The notes under the pieces are model-generated. The model had not been told where the DNA came from and made no database searches. It was given only the letters and a program-made list of their open reading frames with translations. Shown here one piece after another: positions 27,044 through 40,000 of a stretch of 64,000 nucleotides of DNA (the stretch's first letter is position 1; each line of letters begins with the position of its first letter). The stretch comes from Balanoglossus misakiensis. Its lineage: Eukaryota; Animalia; Hemichordata. A program made the translations under genes and the position numbers. The DNA is taken from assembly GCA_040954595.2 (NCBI GenBank), contig CM082576.2:3818760-3882759 (forward strand). The letters run 5' to 3'.

Positions 27044-30000
27044 CTGAAAATTCATAAGGTAGAAACGTTAAACTTTTGCAACTCAATTTAGAAAGCAAGC
27101 CAGCTCAACAAAAACACAGATAAGAAGTATTATAATACAGATTCCACCACTGATAAAGATCAGAATTTATCCTGGTACAACTTCGCTGCATTCTGGCCTA
27201 TAATTGCATTGAAACAATAATTCAGCACAACTGAAACATAATTTCCCCCCGCGCGCTCCATCTGGGTTGCCTTGACGCGCCAGAAATTAATTTCTACATT
27301 TTCTAAAATTACATCGAGCTGTACATTATTTTCATTTTTGATGGTATTTTCACTGGTAATTGTTAGCAATATTCTACTTCATGAGATATTTGAGTGACAT
27401 GCCCTCTTGTGCTCTCTTATCTAATGTATGCACCAGTTCTGCGTGTCAAGACAGCGAGATCCGGACCTTAGCTGTTAAGCTGATGAAAAATTACACTCCA
27501 CCACGCAACCTACAATTTTCGAAACCGACCCAACACAAACTGGTCCCGTGGAGAAGGGATTTCAGTCGAGAAGTTTGCATTTTGTGTGGCTTCGCTGCTG
27601 AAAATGATTCTCCGTTGGCGGCAGTACGAGTTTCGAGCTCAGTTTTTTTTTTACCGAGTGTTGGTTCAGGAGGTTGGCAGTTAAAATGATTGAAAGTCGC
27701 AGAACAATGCTATAATTTAGAATTGTGCTGGTCACTCAGCTTACATCCACAGAATTAAATGATGCGTTACGGCTCTTTGATAAAACACAAAATTATATGA
27801 TCCAATTTAGAGGTTAGGAGTAAAATATTAATGAGCAGACGCGAGAAGTAGCGTATATGGCCAAATGACAAATATTGAAATTCTGCTTGAAAGCTCGCAA
27901 TGGGATGATATTAATTTGCTAAAGTATCGCGTTCTCAGTGAATTTATACAGCCCAGACAACAAGGATGTCAATTTTCAACGAAATATTCTTGTGTGGGTT
28001 GCAGTCCATGAAAATTGTCGTCACACAAAATGTTTCACTTCTGTTTGTGAGTGGATGAGGGAAGGAGAGAGAGAGAGAAAGTTGTTTTCAAAAGTCACAT
28101 TTTACGTACACTATCAAATTTCTCCAATGTTCCAATTAAATATATCACAGGAAACAATTTCTGAGGATACTATTCTTTTTAAGTAGTGAGTAGTCCAACA
28201 AGCTGTGTGAAGAGGGTAATAGGACCGGGTGCTGTTTTGAAGTGATTCAGTCTTTCTCTCTTTTACTTTCCATGATTCCGCCAGTCACATTTGTAGAAAA
28301 TAAAATTACTTCCTATCATTGTGTATTAGAAATTATGACAGGATTTGACAGAAGCTCTCCGGGGAGAAAAGTTCAACCGGGGTCAAAGTTGAACTCTTGC
28401 GCTGAACTTTCCAATATACAGTGAAATATCCTGAATTGCTGGGGATAATAAACGATAATTTTTAAGTGTGGGCTTGTGTGTGCCAGGGTGCAGTGTGGGT
28501 TGGGTGCTTGAAGCGCGAGTGGGTGAGATTGTCTGCATGGGTGTGTGTGGGTGCATGTGGTGTTTGTACGCATGCAGTCTTTGAATATTGTTCATTCAGT
28601 CACAAAATTCATAAAGAAAATGGAAAATTTCATTGAAACAAAAACACAACGAAACATTATGCAATTGTGTTTTTATCATTAAAATAATACATTGAGAACT
28701 ACCATTCTGAAGAGAATCAATTAAATATGGAGATATTCAGAGATGTCAAGTGGCATGTCTATCATCAGTGATGTCTTGTGCGTCTGCCTTGTCTAACAAA
28801 ACTTTCACAACATACCAGTATGAAATTGGAAGGAAAAAAACCCCACAAAGATTAAGGGAAAAGCAACGGCTGCCTGAGAATCAGGGTGTTGGTTTGAGCA
28901 TGTGGCTTACAGTAAGCTAGGGTAATAATTCATATTTTCTGACTTTTCCCAGAGGAAATTTGGGAGTAAAAATTTGATCAGAATGTCTGGGCATGTGTGA
29001 CGGTTACCACAGAGACTTGCTAGAGAGAAATGATATCATATTCTAAGGACTAACGATAAAATGGTGCTCTAAAACTTTGAAAATAGTTGTGGTCTTTTTA
29101 AAGAGATATGTACATTTGAAGTTTGTCCTCTATTTTGATACCATACAAGTGTATCAGTAAACAGGGATTACAAACAGATCAGAAAATAAAGCGATATTAT
29201 TTTGAAGACTAAAAGATGACAATGAGTGCATGATTATGCAAAGGACAACTCAGTTGATTAGTAGGTAAATTGGGTAATCACAAACAAGTCAATCAAAAAG
29301 ATATGGACAGAAGACACTGCTATGCAAACTCGTAGGTATGCCTACGAGGCTAGGAGTTTTCAGAATGTACATGCACAGAGAGCGGTGACGGATTTATCTC
29401 TGCTTCAGACCAGTGTCATGCGTGCACAGATCATGTCCTTTTCAGAAATGATCGATGGGAAAAAACAGGGTGTGCAGCATGTGCGTAGCAATGGCTATAT
29501 GTCAATACACATAAGGTGAGAGACTGCCAAAATGACCTTGACAGCAGCTTTCTGGGTACAAGGCTAATTAGTAAAAGTTGCAAATCGCTGAATTTGATGG
29601 ATATGAGCTTTTCATTTTGACGTTCGCATGAATGCCAAGATTTCTCAGGACGCAGGTAATTTTTTTTTTATCCTCCACTGCCTGAAAGAAACTGTTGACT
29701 TGATTTGTGATGTTGTGAAAAGTCAGTCGACTGTATAGAATTCATATCTTAAAGACTGCTTTCACCTTGATTGGAATTTTCGATTTTCCTCGGAGAAAGG
29801 CGAGAGTTGCCGATCCCAGTGGGGATGTAAGATTTTGCAGAGAGACAAAGGGAGAAAGAGAGGGAAGAAAAACGGGCAAATCTACAAGTTTGATCTCATC
29901 AGTGAAAACACCTTGAAGACGCTGTATCACTTAAATGAGGGGATCAACTGACAGTATCAGATAAGAACTGCAATAGCAGCCTACAGTAACACTGATAATG

Positions 30001-33000
30001 GACAGCGATAAAAAACACACCATATAATCCCGAGACATCAGACTTTATTTCCTTTCGCAGGGGCAGAATGCCAGTGTCCTATTTTATGCACTGGACTCGC
30101 GGTTCGGCCTATCCGAAGGCAACAGGTTAGAGGCTGGATTTTTTTTTTCAGTTTCAAACGTGGCTGAATAATTTCATCACTATTTGAACATGTGATCTAC
30201 TGCTAGAAAATGTGGGTATTTTTATTATGGCTTTTACGAGCTGACCTCATCTTTGCGGTGATTATAATTCCACAGAATCGCTTCAGCCCTGCATATTAGT
30301 GGCTGCAGAGAAGATGTACCGCAGCCAAGAGAATTCTGAAAGGGCCAGGCCATAAAAATTCCACACTTAATTATCAGTGAACGTTTCGGTCATTTTCAGA
30401 GGGTGCTGAGAAAAAGGGGGAAAAAAGGAGGCCAAAGTACAAGATAGGTAAAAATGGCAAGTCAGAGGAGAGCTGCGCACGAGGTCAGGGGTCAAAACGC
30501 AGCCATTGTGGACGGTTCATAATTAGGGTCAAGGCAGTTCCTGCCCTCTGATAAGACTGCTTTTTGCATGAGCTAACACCGCGAAGGGGGTGGGCAAATA
30601 ACAACATGAAAAATGAGTTTTTCTGTCAAAGATTAATCCGATGAGTGAGTGGGGGACCATGGGCTTCTTCTACGCTGTGTGCGCACTGATGAATAATTCA
30701 GAAAAATTGACTAGAGGTCAGCTGCAGGGATGACAGACCTTAATTGGTTCAGACTACAGGTGCTTAATTTCTTTGGTATTTTACAGGTCAAATAAAAATA
30801 TTTCAGAAAGTTTGCTTATTAAAAATTGTCTCCGGAAAAGTTGTTGGCGGTTTCTGAATTCTGTTCTCGGTGTCAAAGTACTCGATTCTGAAATATGTCG
30901 ATGATGTACTGAGAGAATTCCAGGTAAGCTGACACCATGCACGCTCATCATCTGTATACTACCTATAGCAGTTTAAACTTTCAGGGATTCCAGGCTCCTG
31001 CTTAGCTCCCGGTCTACCCTACACACAACACTATGGTCGTCGCGGCGATCCCTCTCTCCAGTTGAGCAGAAAACTGCATTTTAAAGATGGCTGGCTCTGA
31101 CGGGGGAGGCATCATCACTGGCCAAGCGCGTGGACTCTATTACTGCACTGCGGAAGAGCGGGCAACATGCAGTGAAAGCGGCTCCATTTTGGTGCCACAG
31201 CTGCTTAGAAAGGATTTGCTGGTGGGGAATTCAACTAAATGCCAGATTACACTAAGTAAGAGCTTAGGCTTTCTCCAAACGACACTCAGATAGAATTCTT
31301 CTTAAGTTTATGAGTAAAAGACTCTCAAGCAAAATCAGAGAGAGAAAATTTTCGTTTGCTGACGAGGGGCCACAGTGAGAGGAGTTGAGCGACAGACAGA
31401 CACTGCGTCCGACTCATCTTCAGCTGATGTACATGCATGTATGTATATATATATGACTAATATGGCTGGTAAACTGTTTCAAGGTTGACTGCAACTGCTC
31501 TAATTTTGGCTCTGCCTGTACATAAAGGGAAAACCAGAGGCAATGTAAAATGCTGGCGGCGACTGTAACCTTAGGGACACATGCAAGGATGGCCAATGTA
31601 GTGTGGTTTCTCTGAGGTGATCAATAGAAAATCTAGAATGGACCATTAATCATTGGATGTTGGGTATTCGGAATAAAGTGTTCTATTACTGTTAAGGTGA
31701 TTAGCTGGTGCCAATCATCCAGAACATGACAATACCAACCTATCCAGCTGTATCAATAGCATATCATTAACTCTGTTCCTGACTGGCCCTTACTTTTCAC
31801 ACTCAAGTCAAACTTTTTCATTCTCCCCCCCCCCCTTAAAATGGAAAGAAAATAATCGTTCACCCAGATTTAATTTCATAATCATAATTTACGCCTGCAA
31901 AAAAAAAAGTACCTCTGAAAAGGATGAGTGACACATCTCAGCCCCCCCCCCCCCCCAGTAGCATATACCCCAAGTAGGCAATAATTCACACTATTTGTAG
32001 ATTATTATCTTACTTTTCTACTTTTATGTTCAGTAAGTTAAAATAGCAGTAGTAATAGTTTAGCCTTTATGGATGTTGCCTTTTAACCTTACACCTACAA
32101 AACTCAATGAGCATTGAAAAACGTTCAACCTTAAAGAACCTAAACTACTTGTGGGCCTGCTGTCATTCACTGCATGAGCAGAGCCATAAACTGTTGCACT
32201 GACAGTCGTGTGTCTCGGAACATCATTTGGAATTTTATTCACTATCCAGAGGCCTTGCTTTGCAAATATTTGTTATCTTCTAAGACCATTTGCGCGAACG
32301 GTGCTAGAATTTTGACAGAAATTAGACAGCGCTGTGGTCAGGGCGATAAAGCCGTGAGAATAGGCGCATCCTTAGAGAGTCGTTCCGGGCGCATGAGCCT
32401 AGGTTGTGTCTGATGCCGCCATATCCCTTATGACATTCACTGCTCATGTTTTTAATGGCGCACGCATGCTATTCGTTCCGACAGCCAGAAACTACACTGC
32501 AACAACGCAAAATTTTGAACATCATTTTACACCCATATTTCTGGTTATCCCTGACTACCATTATTTTGCAGGGTGACAGAATTTCCCTTCAAGTGTTTGA
32601 TCAAGCAATGTGCCCTCGATGAACTCTTCAAATTCATAGCCTACATAGCTGTTTTGTTCCCCACCAGAACAATGCAAAGTATAAATCATTAACATAGCAC
32701 AGGGACAACATTTTTTTTTAGAATTTCAGTAGACAGTTGAACTAAATATTTTCATCCGTATATGGTGGAAAATATTCAATGGCCATTCATTACCCTTCTG
32801 TGTAACACTGAGTGAAATTTCAAACTCAGATGTCCTAGATAAAGACTTGAGTTGACTAATTACAGTACTTGACTAATTACACAATTCACCTTAACTTTAA
32901 GGATAAACTGTAAATTGTGACAGTGATTAAGTTCTGACAATAATTAGGCTCACAGTATGAAATTTAAATATGTATATTTCTAGTGCTTGACAAATGACAA

Positions 33001-33096
33001 CAAAGTTCTTTGCAAATAAGATATTCTGAACATTTATGTATGTTGTAGAAATATCTCACGTGAGAATATTGTATGTATATACATACATAGTATAAT

Positions 33097-33097
<1 letters not shown>

Positions 33098-33127
<30 letters not shown>

Positions 33128-33152
33128 ACATACACATACACATACACATACA
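33098..33152. repeat. (CA)n / (CATACA)n microsatellite
   Basis: Directly visible. Confidence 0.95.
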
Positions 33153-36100
33153 GACATGTCAATGTCATTGAGGCCTGGAAAGTATGATGATACTTGATGG
33201 TTGCTAAGTGAAAGAACATTTCAAATAAACAGTATCATTACATTTTTAGTGGTCCCCACATAGCTAGAAGTCTGATTCTACAAATGGCTGATCATTTCAG
33301 TTTTGTAAACATACATATCCAGTAGAGATATTTTAATCAGCTCAGTCAATCCAGCGAGTGTGTTGCCCACACACTATAGAGCACTGTATCAGAGCAAAGC
33401 TAGGCTATGCCAGTCACTAAAACAACTTCAAAAACCTACTACAAAAACATTAAACAATACATTCTTGTTTCCCTGATTAGGGAAGGTCGGCTAGTTCAAA
33501 GTGAAATTAGCCCTTCAAACAATCACATTCTGGTCAACACAATGACAAGTATATGAACTGAGTTAAACTGCAGGGGAGCCAGAAAAAAATAGACCTGAAA
33601 GGATTAATAGTGAGAAACAATGTACACTGGACAGAATGTTTTCATGTTTCTGTTGTTTTGTTGGGACATAAAATCAGCCGGGAATAAATGAGTGATTTGC
33701 ACCGTACAAGAAGGCAGATCCACATCGATCAAAGCCAGGCTATATGCACACAGCTGGTAGCCCCCAGGTGCTAGCTGTGACAGATGCACAAATGCTATTG
33801 TAACCCAACGATAGAGTCTCAGCAATTTTCTGATTACCTTGAACTTCAACAACGCAACATATATTGCTCATCATGTCAATTTTTTTAGCAGAGAGTGTGT
33901 TGGCCTATATTTGTAATTCTTTTCCCTTCCTGAAGTAGCATATCTTGAAAACAGACAAGCTTGTGTGTAAATGTGACTGATAAAGTACTCTGAGTCGCAG
34001 AGAGAGAAAAAAAGTCAAAGCGAGGACAGACAGCTGATAGACAGTGAAACTGAATGCAGCAAGAAACACATTTCTTATTTCTTGAATTACACAGCTATCT
34101 CTGAATCCCCTGCGCCATACAAGCTGTCGTATCTTTGTACCGTAACCCCACCAGTGTTTGTTTCAATCACTTTGATATCAACATTATTAAATTTCAATTG
34201 TTTACTCATGCTGTAGTATATAAATTACAATTCTTATCTGCAGTCTATGGTTTCAGAATCAGTGATGTATCTGGCAAGAACGAAATAACAGAAAAAAAAA
34301 TAATCTGAATATCGATTGCCAATGTCTCTCTGAAGAAAATCATACAATTTTCCTATTTGTGTACAAAAGTAATTAAGACCCTTTTTGGCAAAAACCACAG
34401 AAATTAATACTTGCTGGTTAAAACATTTCTCATGAAATGAAACATGATTTGATGTCAATATCTGTCACTCAAATTACAAAGTAAACCATTTCAAAATAGG
34501 AATCTGCTCTCCTTGCAGCAACTGATTCAACATAGTGTTAAACACGTCAATAAGTAAGAATATATCTCGAAATCACCAAAAGGGTCTCTCAGGAGACACA
34601 GAGAAATTATTTCCATTTTAATGGTGAAAACACTCCGTATTTTAAAATTCAAAGAAATACTACAGCAGTGAGAGCCACGCAGCTATAGAGTGTGTACTCG
34701 GCTTAATCAAAATTGCACAAATTCATGTACCTTGATGTTGGCAAATTGATAGGAAACCAGAGTGTCTTCTCTAAGAATATTCTGGGCTTTATCTTTTGGA
34801 GATACAAGGCTTGATACAAAGGAAACACTATACCCAATTAATGATTGTTCAGACCCAAGGGGGCATCTACATGGGAAAGGTGGAGAAGGACTCGCTGCTA
34901 AGTAATAGTGTGGCATCAACCACAGCACAGCCGAACCGACACCGATCTCGGGGAAGAGAACAACATTACAAAGTCACATCACAAACAGGGACTCCATTTT
35001 TCCTGCATTTGTGGACAACAGCCTACCTAACAAGACGAAACCGCAATTGCCCGGATGGCCCAATACAAGCTGATAAGTGACTTATTCTGGAGCTCGTAGA
35101 TAGCAGCAGTCCACAAATGGAAATCCACCCTCTCTCTCTCTTTCTCGCGGTGAAAACACACACTGTTAAATGCCATCCCATCCTATCGCACCCATCTCTG
35201 TCCACAAACAAACCACTCTATTCTGCCACCTGGTTATTTCCTTTGCCCGCTTTTTCACCCAAATGCCAAAATTAACAAATTGAATTTGCACTAAAAAAAA
35301 TTTTTTTTTACAGTTGTACAAAAAAAACATATAATGCATATTTCATCAATTTAGGCACTGGGTTTGGTCAGAGATAGGCCACACAAATTACCACCAGTAA
35401 GGCTGAGTCATTCATCACTGAGAGAAAGCCATTAAGAGTGTGTTTTGGTAATCCACTCAGCCGAAATCAAACGAGAATAAAAATAACAGCATATTTAGGA
35501 AATTGTGTGATATATGCATGTGTGTCAACTTCGGTGTTTCGCAATCACAATCTAGAGCGCAATACATTTCTGACACAGAATTCATCTCTGAGTAAAACGA
35601 ACAAAGAGGATGCATGTTTCCCTGAGCGTAAAGACCCAATCAAACCATAAAATAATAAAAATTACAAAATCTTATCAAGGTCAGCCCCTGCCCACTGCAG
35701 ACAAATCCAGATATTTACACAGTTCCTGGAGAGTAAACTTTTTTATATTTTTACAATTTATTTCATATTATTTGATGTTTTCCTTTCATCTTTACGAAAT
35801 GTTTTCCTTGCATTTAATGATTGAAAAACAGTTTGTGAAATACAGTTGCAATTCCTGTTTTTTGTATTGCATGTTCATCACAGACTATTTTCGATTCAAT
35901 CAGCTGTCTTTAAAAAAGCATTATAAATCATTCAGTTCATCTCGCCCGGTTAGCGAAAAAATACCCCTGCTAACATCTAAACACGATTATATATTTACTG
36001 CAAATGGTGTAATTTTCTGATCAGAACTGCGAGTGATATTAATCACCATTAACTCGGCATATTATTATGGTGACTGTTCCTTCAGCTCCACTGATTCCCA

Positions 36101-36912
36101 GCCTTAATTTCACCAATTGTAACTTTTCTATGGCAATTTCATATTTAGCTTGCAATGAATTCACGACACAATGCACACACAGTCCCGTTTAATAAATTTA
36201 TTGCCGAGCGTTATTAATTTAATAATTTCTCTCTCTTCTTTGTTTCGCGTTTTTATCATAACCTATTTGTTTAGTTTTTTCTTCAAAAATCTATCAGGTA
36301 AAAAAAAACATGCGGCGATATTGACGTCTTGTCTTTGAAACACAAAAGCTGAGAAAAACCTCTGCCAATTACCTTCAGTTATTACCTTTAATTTTACTAA
36401 GCTATAGATTATATACTGGCACAAGACAGCAATCACTGTCCCTGGCAATATATCACAGTATTTCTGACTGGGATTACTGAGCACACAAGCCATGGTGGTG
36501 TTGCCTTTCTGGGCAGATTTGCATATAGGGCGGTATGTACCACGTTGCTGATAGTGAAAAATTGTAGGTCAGGAGAAATATGCCGTGAACTGACACTGCT
36601 AAGACTGATTTATGGCGAGGCTTGGACTCGTACCACTATTGCTTTTTTCGTGGGGGGAGAAAACACACCTTTGCCCCAGCAAATCTCACTTGGGAGCCGC
36701 CGAATATGCCCGAAATCACAAAATTTGACCCGCCGCACGGGTATGGCGGCGCGAGCTACCGCTTGCTGGCCCCTAACCCGCCGCCTATCTGTCGAACGCC
36801 CGGCAGCACCGAGAGCAACAAATCTCGGCTCTCCCCTTGCATAGGAAAAATCAATCAGTTTAATGATGATATATTTCTGACAAGTAGTAACAATAAAAAT
36901 TGTAAATCTGAC

Positions 36913-37033
36913 CTGTTTCGCTGTTGTTGTCGGGCGGCGTGTGAATCGCTGGTTGTGAGACAGGAGGAATCGGGGTGTCTGACCCTGTTGAATGGCTATC
37001 GTCTTGTTGGCTGTACGATTGCGAGAGCTGTTG
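36913..37033 (-). CDS. Meis: Meis exon 7, linker (QQLSQSYSQQDDSHSTGSDTP...DNNSET)
   Basis: Pyrimidine tract plus ccacag acceptor, ACAG|GTCAGA donor. 121 nt, phase 0 to phase 1, as needed to join exons 6 and 8. DD..ST.S.TP and DNxSE resemble the MEIS linker. Confidence 0.85.
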
Positions 37034-40000
37034 CTGTGGAGAGATGACAAAAAAAAGAAGAAAAATTGGGTATAAATTTACTGTTGACTGAGGTGGGATG
37101 GTGTAAATTTTATTGCGAAATGGCCGCAGGGCCCTATTGAGATGTCGTCCCTGCCTGCTGCTAACGCCATGCATCATGTATACACCTGTTTTAAGGTCAG
37201 CATATGAATTTAAGGTAGTTGCCAGGTGCCCATAGATCATGTGAGAAATGTCGAAAGGACGCGAGAAACATGCTGGCATCCCGTGGCCACTGACTATCCA
37301 CTCAGTTTCCACAATTGGATCATCTGCTGGGGGCTCGGGTTAGCATGGCAACTCGTGAAATATTGCACCCATTCTTGAACTGCCATGACAAGCAATGGAT
37401 CATCCGTAACCATAGTGATAGCATCCCTTTCCCTAAGTTCGCATTCATCATCATTCCGCTCTTTAATACCCAAGGAATTATGAAAATGAAATAGTTCTGG
37501 GTACAAATGTGCTACTGGTCTCAAAACTGCCCATTTATCAAGACTGTCTGTTTGGAGGTGATAGACGTGCTGCAACCTGTCTGTGTGTAATTGTACTTTC
37601 TGTAATTTATGACTCAGTACTTCAGAGGCCGTTACTTTCTCCTCACAATTTACTTTTCTGTCATCTGAATTCATTCTTTCTCTTTTGAATGTAGATTTTG
37701 GGTTGGACCACAATGGGGAAACAATAACAATAAAAATCTCTTATTCTTTTTTTTTTACATTTCTCATCCAGTTACTAAATATAAAACACCATAAAACATT
37801 TCTAAGGGAAAATTTGACAGAAACAGATCGTGAATGTGGATACATAATTCTTCGTCATCAATCACAAAGGAATAAAAAATTCTCTCTACAAAGGTGCATG
37901 CACAAAACAACAAACGCAAGACAAACTTTTAGTAGGTCAGTACAGCCGGTCTTTATTATTTAATAAATCCAAGACTGAAGCTGTACAGAATTATGGTAAG
38001 TAACCCACCAAAATGAAATCTACCATACACCATATTTTGTAGCAAGTTTAAAAAGACTCTTGTCAACAGTACATACAATATTCGCTGCAGTTACGACTTT
38101 GTGCTTATTTTTAAGCTGGTGGGTTCTGTCTACATCTTGTCAGCATACCACGTACTTTGCATATGCCTTGAAGATATTAATGATCAAAGTACTGTCTCGG
38201 AAAGAAACGGACACAAAATCTGTCCAATCACACACAAAATGACATGTGTACTCGCAAATGGCATGAACATTAAAAGCCAGAGGTGTAAGACAATATTAGC
38301 TGTGCTAAATTACATGTATGCCGGCAGAAAAAAAATGACTATTTGGGTTGATAAAAACAGACGTGCCTGCAAGAGTACATGTTTTTAGCTTTACTTAACT
38401 AGACTTTGAAATTTTTATGAAGAATCCTCCGGGCTTAGACTCGTACACATCGCCGAGCACTCAAATACAATGTATATCAGTGTGCTCTCTGCCTCGCCTT
38501 CCCCCCCTTATTTCAGGACGTATCTCCTAAATTTCTTACAAGATTCCACAGAGAAGCTGCCATTTAGATGTTTCGGTTTGTTGCCCCGGTAACACTGAGC
38601 ACGGATTGACTGACATACAGTCCAGCTCGGTTTAGAAGACACCAACTATAATTGTACCAGTGTATAATACCATACATATTTTGTCTCCACCAATAAGAAC
38701 CTCAACTCACTTCATCTGCAATAGCTGCTTATATATACAATAAGAAGAACACAACAGAAGAAAATCTGTGTACTCTCTCTTCCAACCCTATAGTCATTCC
38801 CCCCTCCCCCTCCCTGGCGAACAGGAAATCCTCCCCAAGTTGAACTCAGTCTCTCTAGTATCAAATCCAATGATTACCGGTAACTACTTTGACAACTACC
38901 TTCTAAAATGAACTAAATTGCCATTCACATGCGCTGGGTAAATTTTTTTATCTGTTAGTGTTACACACCTATACATTTTTGTTTACCCCCATATTATCAT
39001 GAGTATGTCATGTTTGTTAAATGCCAATCACAGTGTCCCTGATCTGAAAACGCTTCACTGAAGGCCACAACTCAGACCACCCCCAAAAAATCAAAATCAA
39101 ATGCTGGAAAGTTGTCACAAAATTGAATTGATATGTACATGTGTGAAGAGGCCGTTTGGCCTGATGAGGTCACTGGAATTCCTTTCATGGATAATTATGT
39201 AAATTTAGCAATAATGTCATTAAGCAAGGATGATTTAATATGTGACACGTACGAGGACAATTTCTTGACAACTGTGATTTTTTCCAAGACACTGGGTCTA
39301 TTTTTTATACTGAAAAACCAGTGAAGTAAGAAACAAAAATTATCCAACTCAATTACAGACCTACAAAGAGTATTAGCTACGGTATAATGGGGACAGAACA
39401 CTGTCTAAAACACGGTGACTCCTACAGTACAAGAAACATTGGCAAATGATCTCTTTTTACTTCATGAAATTCTTTAACAAACCACAAGTTATATAGTTAG
39501 AACAGGAATTGTACTGTAAACGTGGTTACAACAAATTGAGTTCTGCTTTGCAGACTTTATTTTTTCGCCTGTAGATAGCTAGCTAGTTTTCCTGATCAAA
39601 ACGGAAAGGCCCCTGGCTACCATTATATATGCTGGGAAGTCGAAGAGCACGAAAGGTGGGAGAGAAAAAAGAGCAAATATATGAAGGAAAAATAATGTAA
39701 ATTTAAAAAATGAAAAAAAAAGCAAAAAAAGTGAGCCTACGCCAAATGCTTTATGTACAGACACACAAAGGAGGGGGGGGAGGAAATCACAGTGTAGTGA
39801 ATTTCAGATGCCCCACACAGCCAGCATTAAACCGCTAAACTCAGTGGTGCGGTGGGTCAGACGACGATTAACTTCACACCTAACAAAATCAGTGGACATT
39901 TTAAACTGTAAATCAAATGGAAAACTCTTTAAACAGCCAGAGAACCGTGCCTGAAATTGGCACAAAAGAGCTAATATCGCCGAGTAATACAGCAAAGCAA

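Noticed and set aside
36771-36779. CCCTAACCC resembling a telomerase RNA template inside the hairpin patch
   Set aside because: No downstream U-rich pseudoknot or H/ACA domain is visible, and a full-length RNA would run antisense into exon 7.
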